64,000 bases of DNA from Rhodosorus marinus CCMP1338 (lineage: Eukaryota; Plantae; Rhodophyta), in assembly GCA_029953675.1 (NCBI GenBank), contig JAMWBK010000010.1:1612001-1676000 (forward strand). The letters run 5' to 3'. Below, in pieces: positions 1 to 13,972 of the stretch (the stretch's first letter is position 1; each line of letters begins with the position of its first letter). The notes below the pieces were generated by a model. That model was not told where the DNA came from. It was given only the letters and a program-made list of their open reading frames with translations, and did not search any database. The position numbers and the translations under genes were made by a program.

Positions 1-270
1 GTAGATGCGCTCCCAGGTGCAACGCAAAGTCCAACTGCCACCGCAACGGCATCACCGACGCCAGCGAGTGAACCGCAGTGTGGGGACGGCTTGAGTGCTA
101 CAGCGGCTGGGTTTATAGGGGCGTTCGTTGGTTTGGCCTTCGGAGGGGTTGCCGTAGCCGCAGTCGTCTATATCCGAAGACGTCGTTCCGAGAGGAGCGC
201 TGTTTTCGGATTGGAAGTTGGCGGGAAGGACGCCAAGGATGGCTACGTTCCGGATGTTTTAGCTACGTGA
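1..270 (+). CDS. 3' end of a type I membrane protein (partial; missed by the ORF track)
   Basis: Frame 1 is open from base 1 to TGA 268-270: VDALPGATQSPTATATASPTPASEPQC (P/T/S linker), hydrophobic AAGFIGAFVGLAFGGVAVAAVVYI, RRRR stop-transfer, short cytosolic tail. Confidence 0.6.
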   Translation, partial: VDALPGATQSPTATATASPTPASEPQCGDGLSATAAGFIGAFVGLAFGGVAVAAVVYIRRRRSERSAVFGLEVGGKDAKDGYVPDVLAT

Positions 271-847
271 CGAGGCAGTATCGGCAATCGGTGCGTTGAA
301 AGTTATGAATAGATGCAGTACAGAGCGGTTCTGCCCACACATATCCTCGTTCCGGTCGGCATCAGCTTTTGCTGTGCTCCATGAGAGGTTTTTTTCGGGG
401 GTTACGTTAGTCTGGGGTTTTCGGTCGGTCCGCGAAGAACACACGCAGGCCGGAGGTTCTTGCTAACCAATTAATCGCAACGGTTCGTCAACCCGCATGC
501 TCAAAAATGTTTTATAGGGCTGGTGACGTGCTGGAGTAAAAGATATCAGTGTGCTGAAGTGATACTTGCAGTAGGCAGCATGGACAGAATGAATTGTCTC
601 AAGTCCACAGGGATGGGCTCCGAGAGTACATGAGCATCATGCCGTCCCGAAGAAAAAAACCACGTATAGCTTTGCTTGCCACCCTAGCGGGTTGACACCC
701 TCTAGGAGCCGAGCTTCATCGAAAGTTGCGAAGATCCTCTCGTTGCACAGGACACCAGTCCAGACGTACACCAATTCCGAGCCGGCCCAAAGCAAGAAAG
801 CTACCTGGCGTGACAGGAAGCTGCACTAATATTTCTTTCCCAACTAC

Positions 848-2808
848 CTACTCTTTCAAAGTCCATGTTCGAACCGAATTATCCCCTCCACCGGTCACTA
901 GGGTTTCCCCGTCAACCCATCCGACTCCATTTGCGCCGTTTCGGTGAGCTTTAGCGGAAATCGGCTTGCTCCTTGAGCCCAACACCCAAATCGCAAGAGT
1001 ACCATCCATTCCTACTGATGCAACACGCTTTCCGTCCGGCGCCAGGGACAAACCATCGACTCTCGCTAGCAATTGGATAGAGGATAATGTGAAACGCATA
1101 GTGAGCAATGGAAAATTAGCCGCTTGCAAGCCGCGCTCTTCATGATACTACACGATGACGATGAACTAAAAAGAGACTAATAACACGTTCTCTTACCAGA
1201 ATGACATGCACCCCCCCCAGTTACCTTCACCTGCTTAGTAACATCGAACATCTTCACATGACGTGATTTTTCACCAATAATCAGCGTAGAACCGTCCTTC
1301 GTGAAAATCATTCGGTTTGCGGCAGTAGCTCCGTCAATACTGTCCCCAAACTTCTCCAATTTTCCGTTGGTGTTTTTGTAGAACGAGGTCTTGCCAGCTC
1401 CGCCTCGAACCTCAACGCTGACCGCTACGGTCTTTCCGTCCTCTGTGACTGATACGGAGATCCCCGTCTCCGATTTCTCAAAACAGAGAAGCTCTAATAT
1501 ACTTCCGTCGTAGTTTATCTGAACTAGTCGAAAGTCGTTGATGACCACCGCCGCAAACTCTGCTCCTGTGCCTGGACAGGCGATGTCTGCACATCCGCCC
1601 TTGACCGAGACTGGCGTGGAGGGAAACTCCAATGTATCCACAAGTGTGAGGAGTACATCCCCACTAGTCTCGCCACTAACCACCACTTTCGAGTTGCAGG
1701 CAATACTCTTCCCAGTTGTTTTATGCCCGTTTCCGCTGAAGTGAGCATCCGTTCTCGGCTCGTTGGTGTCCGTGAACACGCATTTCCCAAGACTGTCAAC
1801 GGTGTAGACTTTGTTCTCAAGATTAGTAAGAGAAACAATCGGGTTGGCGTGACCCCGAATGACCTTGCTTGGCTTGCTCGAACCCTCAACGAGAACGCTT
1901 ATATCTCCACGGAGAGACACAGCAACGATTTCGTTGGTCTTGGGCACCCATGTGCATCCTACTTGCATGTCAAGAACGTCCTTGTCACCGAGGGATACCA
2001 CTTCTAGGCAACTTCCGCTTGCAACGTCCCATACTCTAATTGTCTTGTCGCTTGAGCTGGTCACAAGTTTGGTTCCGTCCTTGTTCCATGCTACTCCTGT
2101 GACGGAGGCAGTGTGTCCAGTCATCGAATGCAGCTTTTCCTGCGACTCAGAATCAAAAATGAACACACTACGGTCCGACGAACTCGTCGCATATTTGGAG
2201 CCATCAGGACTGAAACGCACATCGAGGACAAAGTTCGTGTGGTGTTTTTTTTGGATTGGTACGGCGGCCAGAGGAATTGGGGGTCCGCTGTAAAACCCGA
2301 CGATCATGTCATCTCCGCCGGTTATGACAGCTGTCTTTGGAGAGTTTCGTATGTCAATACTTGTAACCCTCCTAGTATGCCCACTGACCGGTCCAGCAGA
2401 GCCACAGCCGGGGTACTTCACCACCTTTGCGAAAACCCCTCGAGCATCGGTCGCGAACGCCATGAACTTCATATCCGATGTGAAACATACGTCTCTTACT
2501 ACGTCACCGGTAACCGGTAGTTCCTCCCTCTGCTTCATAGTCTCCGGGTTCCATACACGGATCGTTCCCCCTTCATCTCCAGATGCAATTAGTCCCTTTG
2601 GAGCGAAGCGACAAGCCGTCACATTCCGGGTGTGATCGGTGAACACCTTCACGTTCTCCCTGTCCCCGCAGCTGACGACTACAGCGCTCCTGCCTGATGC
2701 GTACGAGATCCGGTCCGTCTCACCAGTTGGATCTGCGAAGACATGAGAAGCTTCTCCACGGGCCGTATTCGGAACTCCGCAAAAGATCTGCTTTCCTTCA
2801 ATACTCAT
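848..2808 (-). CDS. WDR1: WD40-repeat protein, actin-interacting protein 1 (AIP1/WDR1) type; 2 exons
   Basis: ATG 2808 (MSIEGKQIFCGVPNTARG, like the AIP1 N-terminal P-x-T-x-RG motif), IASGDEGGTIRVWN and many GH...WD repeats. Intron 1196-1066 (GTAAGA...CTAG) joins HS-A-RVDGL in frame. Confidence 0.75.
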
Positions 2809-3151
2809 CCCTCGAACCAAAACCCACAGACTCAAGATACCCCCCTCAAAAAAAAGAATATCAAATGCACCAGTCAATCAAACCCAAAGCGCCTGCCACC
2901 AAGCAAATCAGGTTACCGCCACTGGGGCATTAGCAAGAGGTTCTTGAACGCCACCGCTCTCCTCAGATAGAAGAGCATTGGCTTTGCTCCCCCCAGGGAC
3001 AAGAAAACGGCTCATGGCAGATTCAGCCACACGCCTCCAATATTGTTTGACAGTCTGGCAATCAATCAAGCTGAATTGAAAAGTAAAATTTGACCTTTCC
3101 AGATTTTCTCCTGGGCGCGCAAGTGTCCATATCGGGCCACGAGCCCGCTCT

Positions 3152-3197
3152 GCCACTTGGCCACTAAGCCACTTGGCCACTAAGCCACTTGGGCCAC
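3152..3197. repeat. 16-bp tandem repeat GCCACTTGGCCACTAA (about 2.8 copies) upstream of WDR1
   Basis: gccacttggccactaa gccacttggccactaa gccacttgggccac read directly. Confidence 0.7.
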
Positions 3198-4493
3198 ATG
3201 CGCCAATGTGGAGGCACTGCTCCCTTTTCCAGATTCTACACAGTTTCTTTCTCATATTATATAAAGAACGAGAAAACTACTCAACAGAAAAGATCCAAAA
3301 CAAGGGATGCGTGTGTGCGCGAGCAAAAGGGGCATTCCTTCCAAAGCACGACGAGATTCACTCGCTGACATTTAGGAAATCAAGGAGAAACAAATACGTT
3401 GTTTTATTTTTGCTTTGTGAACGTTTCGTAACGAGCTTCAAAAGGCCCTCACGGAGGACAGTTTCAATCTATTTTCTTTGAATATACTATAAAACCATAC
3501 AGTGATCAGTTCACCCGCAAAAACGGTTGAATGCTAAAACAATGAAGATGGCAGTTTGCACCCAAGCTCAGAGGTCGCTACGAACGACATTAGGAAGAGA
3601 TGTGTCGCCACCCACACGTGTCCTCTAATCAACAAGAACGGTGTGGACCCCGTATTGACACTAGAGCCTCTCCGTTTGTATACTATCCCATGTACTCCTG
3701 TTGATGAAGAGCGTTCTCTAAGGAACAATGGAAACCAAAAGCGACGTAGACCACGCACTTTTTGCGGGTCTTGGCATGAGAAAAAAACGCAAATAGATTT
3801 TGCGCCAATCGACCCCGTGCGTGAATTGGGTCATATATTATCTCAATCTCTTGCGACCGTCCTTCGTCCAGCGTAGGAACTACACTGTGCTGAAGAGTGA
3901 AGCGGTGCCACAATGTGAACATGGTCTACCACCATACCTGTTGTGGTGAGCGCTGTTTGTCTAATGCATCGAAAAATGATCGCTGGTTCTCATAAATGTG
4001 ATTTGAGCGTTGGCTGGAGTAGTTGGAGCGAGTGTAGGTCCATACGTATAGATAGCCCTTGTCCTACTCTGGGCTCGACCCTCAACCCGTGTGTTTTGAT
4101 GCGCCCTTGGCCACCTAGTAAGGACGGAAGAGGGCTACAGAGCTTTTTAACTCTGCCGGTTGCTGACAAAGCATTGCCGTATAGTTCCCATTGACAGACC
4201 AGTTCCCAGTTGACATTGAAGAGGAGTCCAGCTAAGACACTGGAGATATTGAACGCCATGCTCTCAACTGCATCAGTGCGTGGTGACCCTACTCGTACAA
4301 TACACGTCACCATGCGAACAACGTATACAGAGTGGAACCGCGGAAAAGTGTAAATCATTGGCGACTGATGGGAACCTGCATTCTGAGCGAGTGCTGGTTC
4401 AAACATTCTCTAACGAAGGAAGACCCAGTGGTGTGTGTCAAAGCGAATCAGCTCCCTTTTGACGACTGAGAAGTCGCGTACTAGAACACGGTA

Positions 4494-7400
4494 CAGCTCG
4501 ACGTGCTAGCATCTCTTGCGCGTGTGGCGCAAACGATTGAAGACCGGATTCACGACGTAGAAGAATACTCTCATGAGTTTCGCCAGTCACTGCATCCAGC
4601 CCTTCTGGGTGGCCAGGTTCGCGATCAGTTGGACGATGACTTCCTTCGCCGCCTTTTGGCACCAACTGCTTCCGGAGTAATAACTTCATCCCTCATCTCG
4701 CGGGGCGAATCTGGAAGACACTGGGATCCTTCCAGCTTGTTCCGATCTGTTTGGGACAGGACTGAATTTCCTCCAGAGGGAACAGCATGTCGTAGTAGTC
4801 GAAGCTATTCTGGAATAGTTGGGTGTGCAGATGCCTCGGTGGAATGCTCCATCGGATTGTGGAATTGGAAGCTTTTCTGTAGGCGTATATATGTATATAG
4901 ATATATTTCAGGTGAGGCTTCGGTTTCCGTGGCGAACCTCGACGTTGCTAGTTGGCAAGCATGGCGGAGTTGTGGTTGCTGAAATTTCAGTTTTCTCGAA
5001 TCAATTCATGACCACCCCAGAGGTTAACTTCAAATGGATATTAAAGAGTGGATGAATTTGGTCACCGATCGCACGCACCTGGCGAGGGAGCGCGCGTTGT
5101 CACAGCTGTCTTCTTTGTTGCCGGGTCTAGGCGCGGAAGCAACAAAGGATCTCATTGAAGCCGTTACATCGGAGCTCGGTCAGCAAGCTTCGTGGGAAGG
5201 AATTTCCGGACTGTTCCTCGCGTCCAGGGAGATTCTCCTTGTAGCAGGCCTTCAAAGCGTGGCGCATGATTTCGCAAGATTTATGCTGCCGCGGGCAGTG
5301 GAGGGTCTGACTCATGAGGAGGTTCGGTTGCGAACAGTAAGCCGTTATCGCGTCTATCATCCTTGTTGAAGCAATCCAGAGAGAGACTCAACCTTGGGAG
5401 GTCAACCGCGGCTTTCAGGCAGCAGGGGAATTGCTGGGTGGGTGCGGCCACGTTTTACTCCAGGAAGCATGGGAATCATCTTCGGCGAGTTTGCTCGCCA
5501 TCGTCGATCGGAATTTTGAATTGGATGATAAGCAAAGGGGGATGCAGGCGTCTCGCGTGGTAAGCAAGGATTTCCGGAACGCGCAACGTACAACTAGCGC
5601 TTAGGTGTGCGTCTTGGTGGCAGTTGATATGGATGGATTCTCATCTGATCAAGCCTTGGAGGGACTCATTTTCAAGTTTCCCAGCGACTTGGTCTGAATT
5701 TCCACTTTGGTGCTCAACTAGGTTGAACAGTCGTTTGGTTTGAAGAAAACTACTGATCTCGTACATGAATCGGAGGGATGGAGGAACTTAGATACAACTC
5801 TCGCGGCATGTGTTCATCTCATGAATGCATGCGGAGAACTGGTGAGGGTTTATCATAATCTCTCTGGCCGTGTTGTTTTCTTTCTCCGCCCAGGCCCCTT
5901 AACAATGTGCCACGCTGTTTGGGTATTCAGGTCATGTGTGATGCAAATACTGAGAGACTCACATCTTTCACGTTGCGAGCTCGAGACCATCCCAACAGAT
6001 TCATGCGCGAGACTTCGCTGAAATTGCTGACTTCTTTAATTGACGGCTCCTTCAAGTCTGACGAATTGTCGCTGACTGTCGGAAAGACTGAGGAGCTCGC
6101 ACTAAAAATGTCCAAGTCGATTGCAAAAGGCCTGGAGGACAATTGGAGCCAAGTACGGTAAGCTCATGATGCGAGGACAGCCTGAAACGCAGTTGCAAAA
6201 AAAGCGAAATTCACGGGAACTCAACTCGGCTTACGATCCCCGTCGGGGTTAGTTATGCTGCTTCTGTGTGCGTTCGTCACTTGCTAGCCTTCTCGCCTGT
6301 CCACGTGAGGGAACGTCTTTTCCCGTTGTTAATCCCGCGAATGTGTTTGAACCGACATTACGTCGCCGAAGGGGTACGGCTCTACTCGCAGGTATGGCAA
6401 CCCTCGACAATCGGGGATCTTCGAGCACGTCTTTTTCGGATGTCACGGTTTGGATCAGGATTCTTTGCCCTAGCCCGAGGTACTAGCCAATTTTGTGATC
6501 GACTGAATGCCTTTTTTTTCCCCGGCGTCGAAACTAGGAAACTTGGAGGACATTTCTCGGACAACGCGGTAGGGAGTTACTCGTCGAGAATTTCTCTGAG
6601 ACGGTTGCATATTACGAAACGCAATGCGAAGCAGATAATCACGCAGTTCGCGAGGCTGCGTGTCAAGGGTTTGCGGAGCTTAGTACGCGCATTGACGAAG
6701 CATGTGTTATACCGGAGGTAAACACCTTGAGACCTTTGGTTGCTTGTTTCTTATCGGTACAGGGCGAAGTTGCGCGTCAGCAGGTGGATCTTCGTCGTAA
6801 CCGCGGAACGCTAAGCATCTTACTCTGCGGATTGCATGCTCAGGTTAAGCGCATCCTCAGCGCCCTCATCATTTGCTTCAGAGATGAGAGCTGGCCAGTG
6901 CGCGATTGCGCATGTACAGCCTCGTCAACTATTACTGTCAGGTTTCCGCAAGAGGTAGAAGCTACCTCTCTGCTGCCGGTACTTGTCGATTTGTGGTAAT
7001 GCTTAAAACCAATGACACCCGTGCAAGTGAGAAGCTTATGTTACCGTTGCTTTCGTTAGGTTTTCGCACGTCGCTGACAATGTTCCAAGCGTCCGGGAAA
7101 ACTCTGCCATGTCTTTAGCAGATGCGGCTGGAGCTTACGGAGAGTCGCATCCCATATGCGGGACTTTTGTCGTTAGGGATCTTTGTCTTGGGGTGATTCA
7201 CTCTGTTGAGTCGCAGCCACAGGACTCGACCAGGTGAGTTGCACAATACGACTGAACGCGTCTATTAAACGCTACGCACGATCTGTGCTACAACGTCTGG
7301 CGAGGGATGGACCTGCAAGCTCTTTACTGTGCGGGCTTTCGCAGACTGATAACTTATTGTTTTTATCGTGCTGAAATGACTTCAACAGGAGCCTGTTAAA

Positions 7401-8010
7401 AGAGGATTCACATTTTGGGGCTGCTTACAAACTGGCTAGGGACAATGACCCAGAGCTTCACACAGACAAAACTTTGTATTCATGTGGATCCCTTGCCCCG
7501 AAGCTTAGAAAAGGCGGTTGCATGGACCATGGCTTCCGTAGGAATAAGGTTAGTTATCCAAGCGACGTATGGTGCACTGTCTTCTCCTCACGTGTTTCGC
7601 TGGGCGACACGCTGACATGTGATGCATACGCTCTTGTCATTCAACTACCTGTGTTCGTCCAGGAGCCATGGGAGGAGTCCGATGGCGCACTACGTCTTTG
7701 GGGGCGGTTAACAGCGGTTTCCCCGACAGCTGGAGACCAAATGTTTGAAGATGTTGTGCAACTGGCCAGCCTGGATTTGCGCTTTGCCCATGCTCCTTAT
7801 TTACTAGAGACTTTATGGAGACAAGTGGCAGCATGCGTAGGTGTTCTCAACGTGGACCTCGTTTCAAAGTCCCTTCCGGCTCTTGCCAGGGCAATGAAAA
7901 CAAGCGAGGCAAGTGGTCATAGACTGACCGAAGCGGCAGCTTACAGGGCAGAGGACGCGTTGAAGCGTAAACTCGGCGAAGAGGCAGTGAGGATTGCGTT
8001 AGCGTTCTAG
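4494..8010 (+). CDS. Multi-exon HEAT/ARM-repeat protein (start approximate)
   Basis: Consecutive + strand helical-repeat exons: THEEVRLR, HESEGWRNLDTT, HPNRFMRETS, KGLEDNWSQVR, LIPRMCLNRHYVAEGVRLYSQ, FRDESWPVRDCAC, YLLETLWRQ; stop at 8010. Confidence 0.7.
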
Positions 8011-8223
8011 GAAAACGGATCATCTTCTGCGCCCAGCTCGTGAGTGCTTCGTTCGCAAACGAACCCAAAGCCCAGCCTTGTGAAGCGTGCGTAATTAATC
8101 AGCGTTTGCTCTTCACTTTACAAGAATATGTTTGAGATGATCAATAAATGTATACACACACAAACTGATGTGATTGACACGGTTGCCCCTTGGCAATGCC
8201 CATTCTCCAGAGAAGAATTAATG

Positions 8224-11200
8224 CTAATAACCGTCAGCTTCTACAAGACTAGAACTCGTTGCACCCCCGTCGCTGTCATCGCTGAAACCTGAAGCCACAA
8301 ACTTCAGTCTCTCCGCTTCATCACTATTTCCCTCCGAAGCTTCCAGAGCTGCGTACAAATTCCAGCACACGGAATTTGATGGGTTCACTTCAATGCCTTT
8401 CTGATAAAGCTCACGAGCGCGCTCGACGTATCCGCAATCCTCTTCCATTTTGCCCCAGGCCGAATAAACGGGGGCAGAGTCCTTGGGCGAAGCCCTAAAT
8501 CAAAAAAAAGGGAGTTCATTACTTACAAATTCGTCTAACGTACAAGACCATCATCGAAAACAGTCCTTGCCCTATTCGTACCTTGCGCCAGCATCGAACA
8601 GTCTCCTCGCTTCGTCGTAGTCGGATTTGTCCCTCTTCAACACCGCATACGCCTGATACAACTGTGCGCAATTCGGAACTTCTTCGATGGCAGCTTGCAA
8701 GATATCCTGAGCCTATTCAGGGTTGGAGAAGGTTAGCAGCGGTCACACCAGCCCCCTCACGTTGACATTTCCCCGAACCCAATCAACATCCACTCGCACG
8801 CCTCCCGCATACTCCTCAAGTAATTTTGTGAACCAAGATATCGTAGGCTTCTTACCTCATCTATGTTCCCTGCATCTGCCTCCAAGACAGCCCAAGTCTG
8901 CCATACTGGCCAACCATCCCTCACATTTACAATCGTCGTGGCTTCGCGCAGGATACGTCTAGCTGCTTGAAATCCGAGTCCGTGGGGTTCCTTGGCTTCT
9001 AGCAGGGCCAAAGACTGGTAGCTAAGCGCATGTTTGCTGTCTACCACCAATGCTTTGCGAAAATAGTCCCTCGCCAGGTCTAGATGACCCCGACTCCGGT
9101 ATAACATTCCCAGCGCATGCCAACATACAGGGTCTCCTTCATCAAGCTTCCCAGCTTGTTTGTATAACCGTTCTGCAGCATCAAGGTTCCCTTCTCGAAA
9201 CTCTGCAGCTCCCTGCGGCGTGAACGAATCAGTCAGGTAAAGTGCTCAACAAAACGGAGATCTTCAACAAAATTCGGCACTGCAAAGTTCCTCAGTATTG
9301 TTCCAGCTTGACAAGTGAAGGCTTGCAAAAGTTGCCAAAAGCTCTGAATTGATGTGTACATAATGCTGGCCGGCAGACACATACCCACGCATGCCACGCC
9401 AACGCAAACTTAGGGTCAACCGACGTCGCTTTCTTGAATAGGTCCCGAGCAACGCCAACATTACCCGCCTGTCGAGCTTCGACAACTGCGTAAGATACAT
9501 ATAAAGCCGCGTTTCTCGGATCCATGCTAATTCCCTTCTCGAACAGGTCTCGTGCAGTTTGAAGATTGCGCTGCTGAGCCTCCAAGAGCGCTGCTGATTG
9601 CCACAAAGATCCATTATGAGGATCCGCCTCGTACGCCTTGCCGTATAGCTCACGAGCTGTCGAGATATCCCCCTGCCTCTCCTCCAGCTGACCCCATGCC
9701 TGCGCCGGGGAAGGTCGTAAGTTTGACGGAAATGCGGGAGTATAGAGCAAATAGCTCTCAGAGCTCAGTAATTACCTGATATAGCGGTGAGAATCCTTTA
9801 TTCTGATCAAGTCCTTGCCTGTAGACCACGCGTGCGCGGTCAATGTCTCCCACTTCACGGTCGAGAACCCGTCCCCAGGTCATGAACCTGCAAGACAAGG
9901 GTCATGTTATAGTTAAGCATGTAGATGGCAAAGAACACTCACCCGGATGGGTGTGAAATTCGTTCAGGTCGGGTCAGAGCAGCGCCACTTACAAGAAGGG
10001 TACACGGAGGTTCTTCCTGGAGGCAACTTCAGCTGCTCGCTCGAAAATTGTACACGACTCCTCAAGATTTCCAGTTTCCTTCTCAAGTAGGGCCCAAGAC
10101 GTCCAAGTCGAAATGTAGCTCTCGTCTGCCCCAATGGCTTTTTCGAAAGCAATTCTTGCCCTGTTTGGGTCTCCACAACGCCTTTCCTCCAGGCCCAACC
10201 TGAGTTCACATAGGTGACCGCTTTGAGCGTAAAACGGACAGCAGCCAACTTGCTCTGGGGTGACGGTACGACAATGAACACGTTCAGGGCTTACCAGTGG
10301 TACAGCTTCGGGTGTGTTGACTGTGGGACGGATCTAATGGCTTTGTCGTATACAGCCCGCATTGCAGCTAGACCGTTCTCTTTCATGGAAACATCCGCCA
10401 AATCCCTCCACGCATGTGCATTGCTCGGATCTTTCTTTGTGGCAGTGATACATCTCTCTCGACATAGCTTGAAATCTCCCGCTCTCATTGCCAGCGCCGC
10501 CATTTCTCTAAGCGCATCGCACTGTACTCGCTTCACCTCTCGGTACTGCCTCATGGGCAACGTATGTTCCCTAGCAGAAGCTGCGAGGACATCGGCAAAC
10601 TCCCGCTATTAAGTACTGCGAGACGACTTACTCGGAGCAACCGGATACACACAAAACTACCAAAGACACTGGACCGCGGGTATGTACTCACCCTGGGATG
10701 CCTTCTCTAGGAGCTCGCACGCTCTCGAATCTGCCTGTGCGCTCATTTCCATTCTTCCCCACGCAAGCCAAAGCCTTGGGTCACTTGGCTGTGCAGAAAC
10801 AGCTCTCTGGAAAGCGTCCCGGGCTTGATTGAAGTTACGCTGTCGAGTTTCGAGCTCGGCTGTTCCCACAACAGATAGTATATTCCAGCATCAGTAGGAA
10901 GCACAAGCGCAGAGAGGAATTCAACCGATCCCATGTCCCTTCAACGCTGTCACATACCAATAGCTCTCCAGATTCCTGCGTCACGAGGTGAGATTGAGGT
11001 TCCTCTCCCCAGGATAAGCCCAGCTTCCTTAGAATTCCCTTGCTTGACCTCGAGCAAAGCCCATGCATGCAGAGCCTGCAGTACATTGAAAAAGAAAGCC
11101 TAGATTCAACTACCCCAATTGTGGGAGCATGACGGGAGCTGGGCGCGTCGTTCTTCCATCCAGGAAACAACCGACGCACAGGTATGGTTAAGTCCTCCAT

Positions 11201-12703
11201 ACCTTGATGATTTCTGCATCCCCGAATCGGGCAGGACGACCAGCGAGTATGGAGTAGTACTCCCGCGCCTTGCCTATGTTTCCCTCGCGTGCTTCTAACG
11301 ATCCCAGTGCTCTCAATACCAAGCCTGAAGTGTTCTTCTCCGCTCGTTCTGCGCTCTGTATCTCTGCTTGAAGAATTCTGCTCTCGCAACATGATCAAAT
11401 GAAAATTAATCACACTGAGTTCCTGAAAGATTCGGGTCAAAGGGTTGTGAATTGCTTACAAGCGAGCTTCGGCGGGACCTTCTAAATTTTCCACTACTTT
11501 CGCAAGCATCACTCTAATTTCAGAGCTGCCAGGATTGCGCTTTAAAGCTTCGCGGAGAATGCTGCAAGCATTCGTGTCCGAGCCTATCTGCCTCTCTAGC
11601 TCCGCGTAGTTGAGCCACGACCTGGGCTCGTGCGGTGATATCTGAGTTGCTCGTTCCCACTTGCCCCTCGCATCGTGTAAATGCCCTGTCACACGTTGAA
11701 GGCAGGAAGAGAGTGAGCAAGCACCACCAAAGATTTTTCTAGTCCTTGTACCTGCCTGATAGGAATCGTGATCATGACCTCGAACTCGTGAAACGAATTC
11801 GCGGTGATAATCGGCTTAGATTTGAGTGGACAGGCTGCAACCACACAGCTTACCCTGTTTTTGCTCAAAATTCCCCCAAGCTCGCCAAACAGCTGCGTGC
11901 TTGCTCGCCTTGCGCGCCCCTTTCTCAAAGGTCTCGTGCGCCATCTCATTCTTGCCAATTTCCTCGTAATGGTTGGCGAGAGCTACATAAAGCGGACCGT
12001 GTTTATCGTCATCAGTCAGTCCTTCCTCTAGTAGAGATATGACCTTATCCTTATTGCGTAATGGCGATGAAATGGATCAGTATCACGGCAACACGCAGAG
12101 TGGAAACTTCACGAGCAAGTGCGCACTTGTTCACAGGATTTGCTGCGCTTAGCTCACCGAATTTGAACGCGATGTCTCTTTGAGAAGCAAAGCCTTGGCT
12201 TGAAAAATTGCGGCGCGGCTACCAGGCTCGCATTTGCGAATGGCTTCAGCGAACACAGCGTCAGCCTTTCCCTGACTACCCTCCCGCCAGTAAACCATAC
12301 CCAGCATGTGCCATAAGTAAGCGTTCCTCTCGTTATACTCCAACCCGCTCTCTGCAAAGCAAGAACGAAGAGGTTCACCAAGTCATTAGGCCGTTCCTCG
12401 TCCTGAGCGAATATTCCTTTCCCAGTCTTTCTTACTTAACGCCTGCCGCTTGCTCTCCGTGCTAATCTCCCTCTTTGCGATTTCCACCCACAGTTTCCCG
12501 TCGTTTGGTGTTTCTCGCGCTATTGCCCAAAGTTCAGGCAACTTCCTGTCCCTCCACGGTTTTGAAGAGTCGCCTCTCCGCTTGGGGAGAGAATTCCCTG
12601 GGGCCGGATCACCTTTCATTGAGTACTTTACGATTAACGGTCTCTGGCGACCTCCGCGGAGGTCCCGGACTGTACCCGAGCTACTGAGAAACGACATGCT
12701 CAT
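8224..12703 (-). CDS. Large multi-exon HAT (half-a-TPR) repeat protein, probably plastid-targeted RNA-binding factor
   Basis: Many exons with HAT repeats (AWGQLEERQGDISTARELYGKA, SWALLEKETGNLEES, AWGKMEEDCGYVERARELYQKG). N-terminus MSMSFLSSSG resembles a red-algal transit peptide. Confidence 0.8.
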
Positions 12704-13972
12704 TCTCGACTATACACACTCTTTGCCCAACGGGCAGAACTTCAACTCTGCATCAACAGACAAATAGTATCCTCAACAGACGCAGGAAGAGTGTTTGCCT
12801 TTTCTGCGCGTACAATAGCAGAACTTGGCCCTCACGACTACCGCACTTCGCCTCCGAATTCTCCGCCCTTTGCCCTAACTCCCTTCGTGCGGAATCAGCC
12901 ATTCGCCACACACCATCCTCCTGGCTATTCCAGACTTTCTTGCGCCCGACAAATTGATATGGCAGTGGCGCAGGGGGGAGGAGGCATCAGGGATTAATTT
13001 ATTTGGCTTGTCATAGACCGTCCGATAATGGTTATCGGACGCGTCTGATAAGAGTTTTTTCCGGATAGACTATTGAAAACCAGTCTGAAATTAGGGGATG
13101 GCTAGTTGTAATTATTCAAAACAACGAGTCCGATTGCTGTCCGATGTTCAATCAACGCTAGTCTAATTGTTTCCCCCATAAATACTGAATGGAGTTTATT
13201 GGGGTATCAACCTGTCACTCTAATGCATTGAATTAGGATTACATCTGACTTCCACAGACTGTGATGCACGATGCACGCCCTGGTTTATCCGATAAAAAAA
13301 ATCCCGAGTGATTTTGTTGGTGACAACAAGCTCACTCTAGCGTTTAAACGCTGCGTTATTTGTGAACGCGCGTTCTCAGCGTCTTCTTTCTCGTTTCTCA
13401 CGGTAGCTAGGGTCTGAATAAACAGCTAGTGATGATGATACGCAATCTCATCATTTTCAGATTGCTCAAACAGGAGCAGATGAGCCAGGCAGTCTTTCTT
13501 AACATCAAGATTGTGGCTCAATCAATATTCAATGAAAAATATCGGACGTCAATTGTCCACACTTGACCCTCCGATATTATCGGAGACTGCCGCTCATTTT
13601 TTTATCGGGGGATTATGATTCATTGTTGATTGAAGAATATCGGACGTCAATCGGTCAAATATGGACCGACCGATATCGGACCGTCCGATAAATTTTCGAA
13701 GTGGATAGACTATTGACAAACAGTATAAAATTATTGGGTGTCTTAATATTCGCAAAAACAGGTCTGATCCGATAAATCAATCAACGTTGGTCTGATAATC
13801 AATCATCTCCGGTCCAGGCACTGAAATCATGTTTACTTCTTGGTATATGACGAGCTCTCACCATATCGTGAATCATGATCGCTTCTCGGCATGGAAGATA
13901 GGCTGCCGTTATCATGCAATGAATCATGACTACTTCTGAGCCGGACAGGCTGTCATAGCATTGGTCGAGCAT

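Noticed and set aside
3534-4406. Possible intron-containing minus-strand gene (MAF... start near 4260); similar unassigned ORF sets at 21060-21613, 27440-28071, 30430-31203 and 36644-36961
   Set aside because: Could not build consistent spliced models or recognise any family without transcript data.
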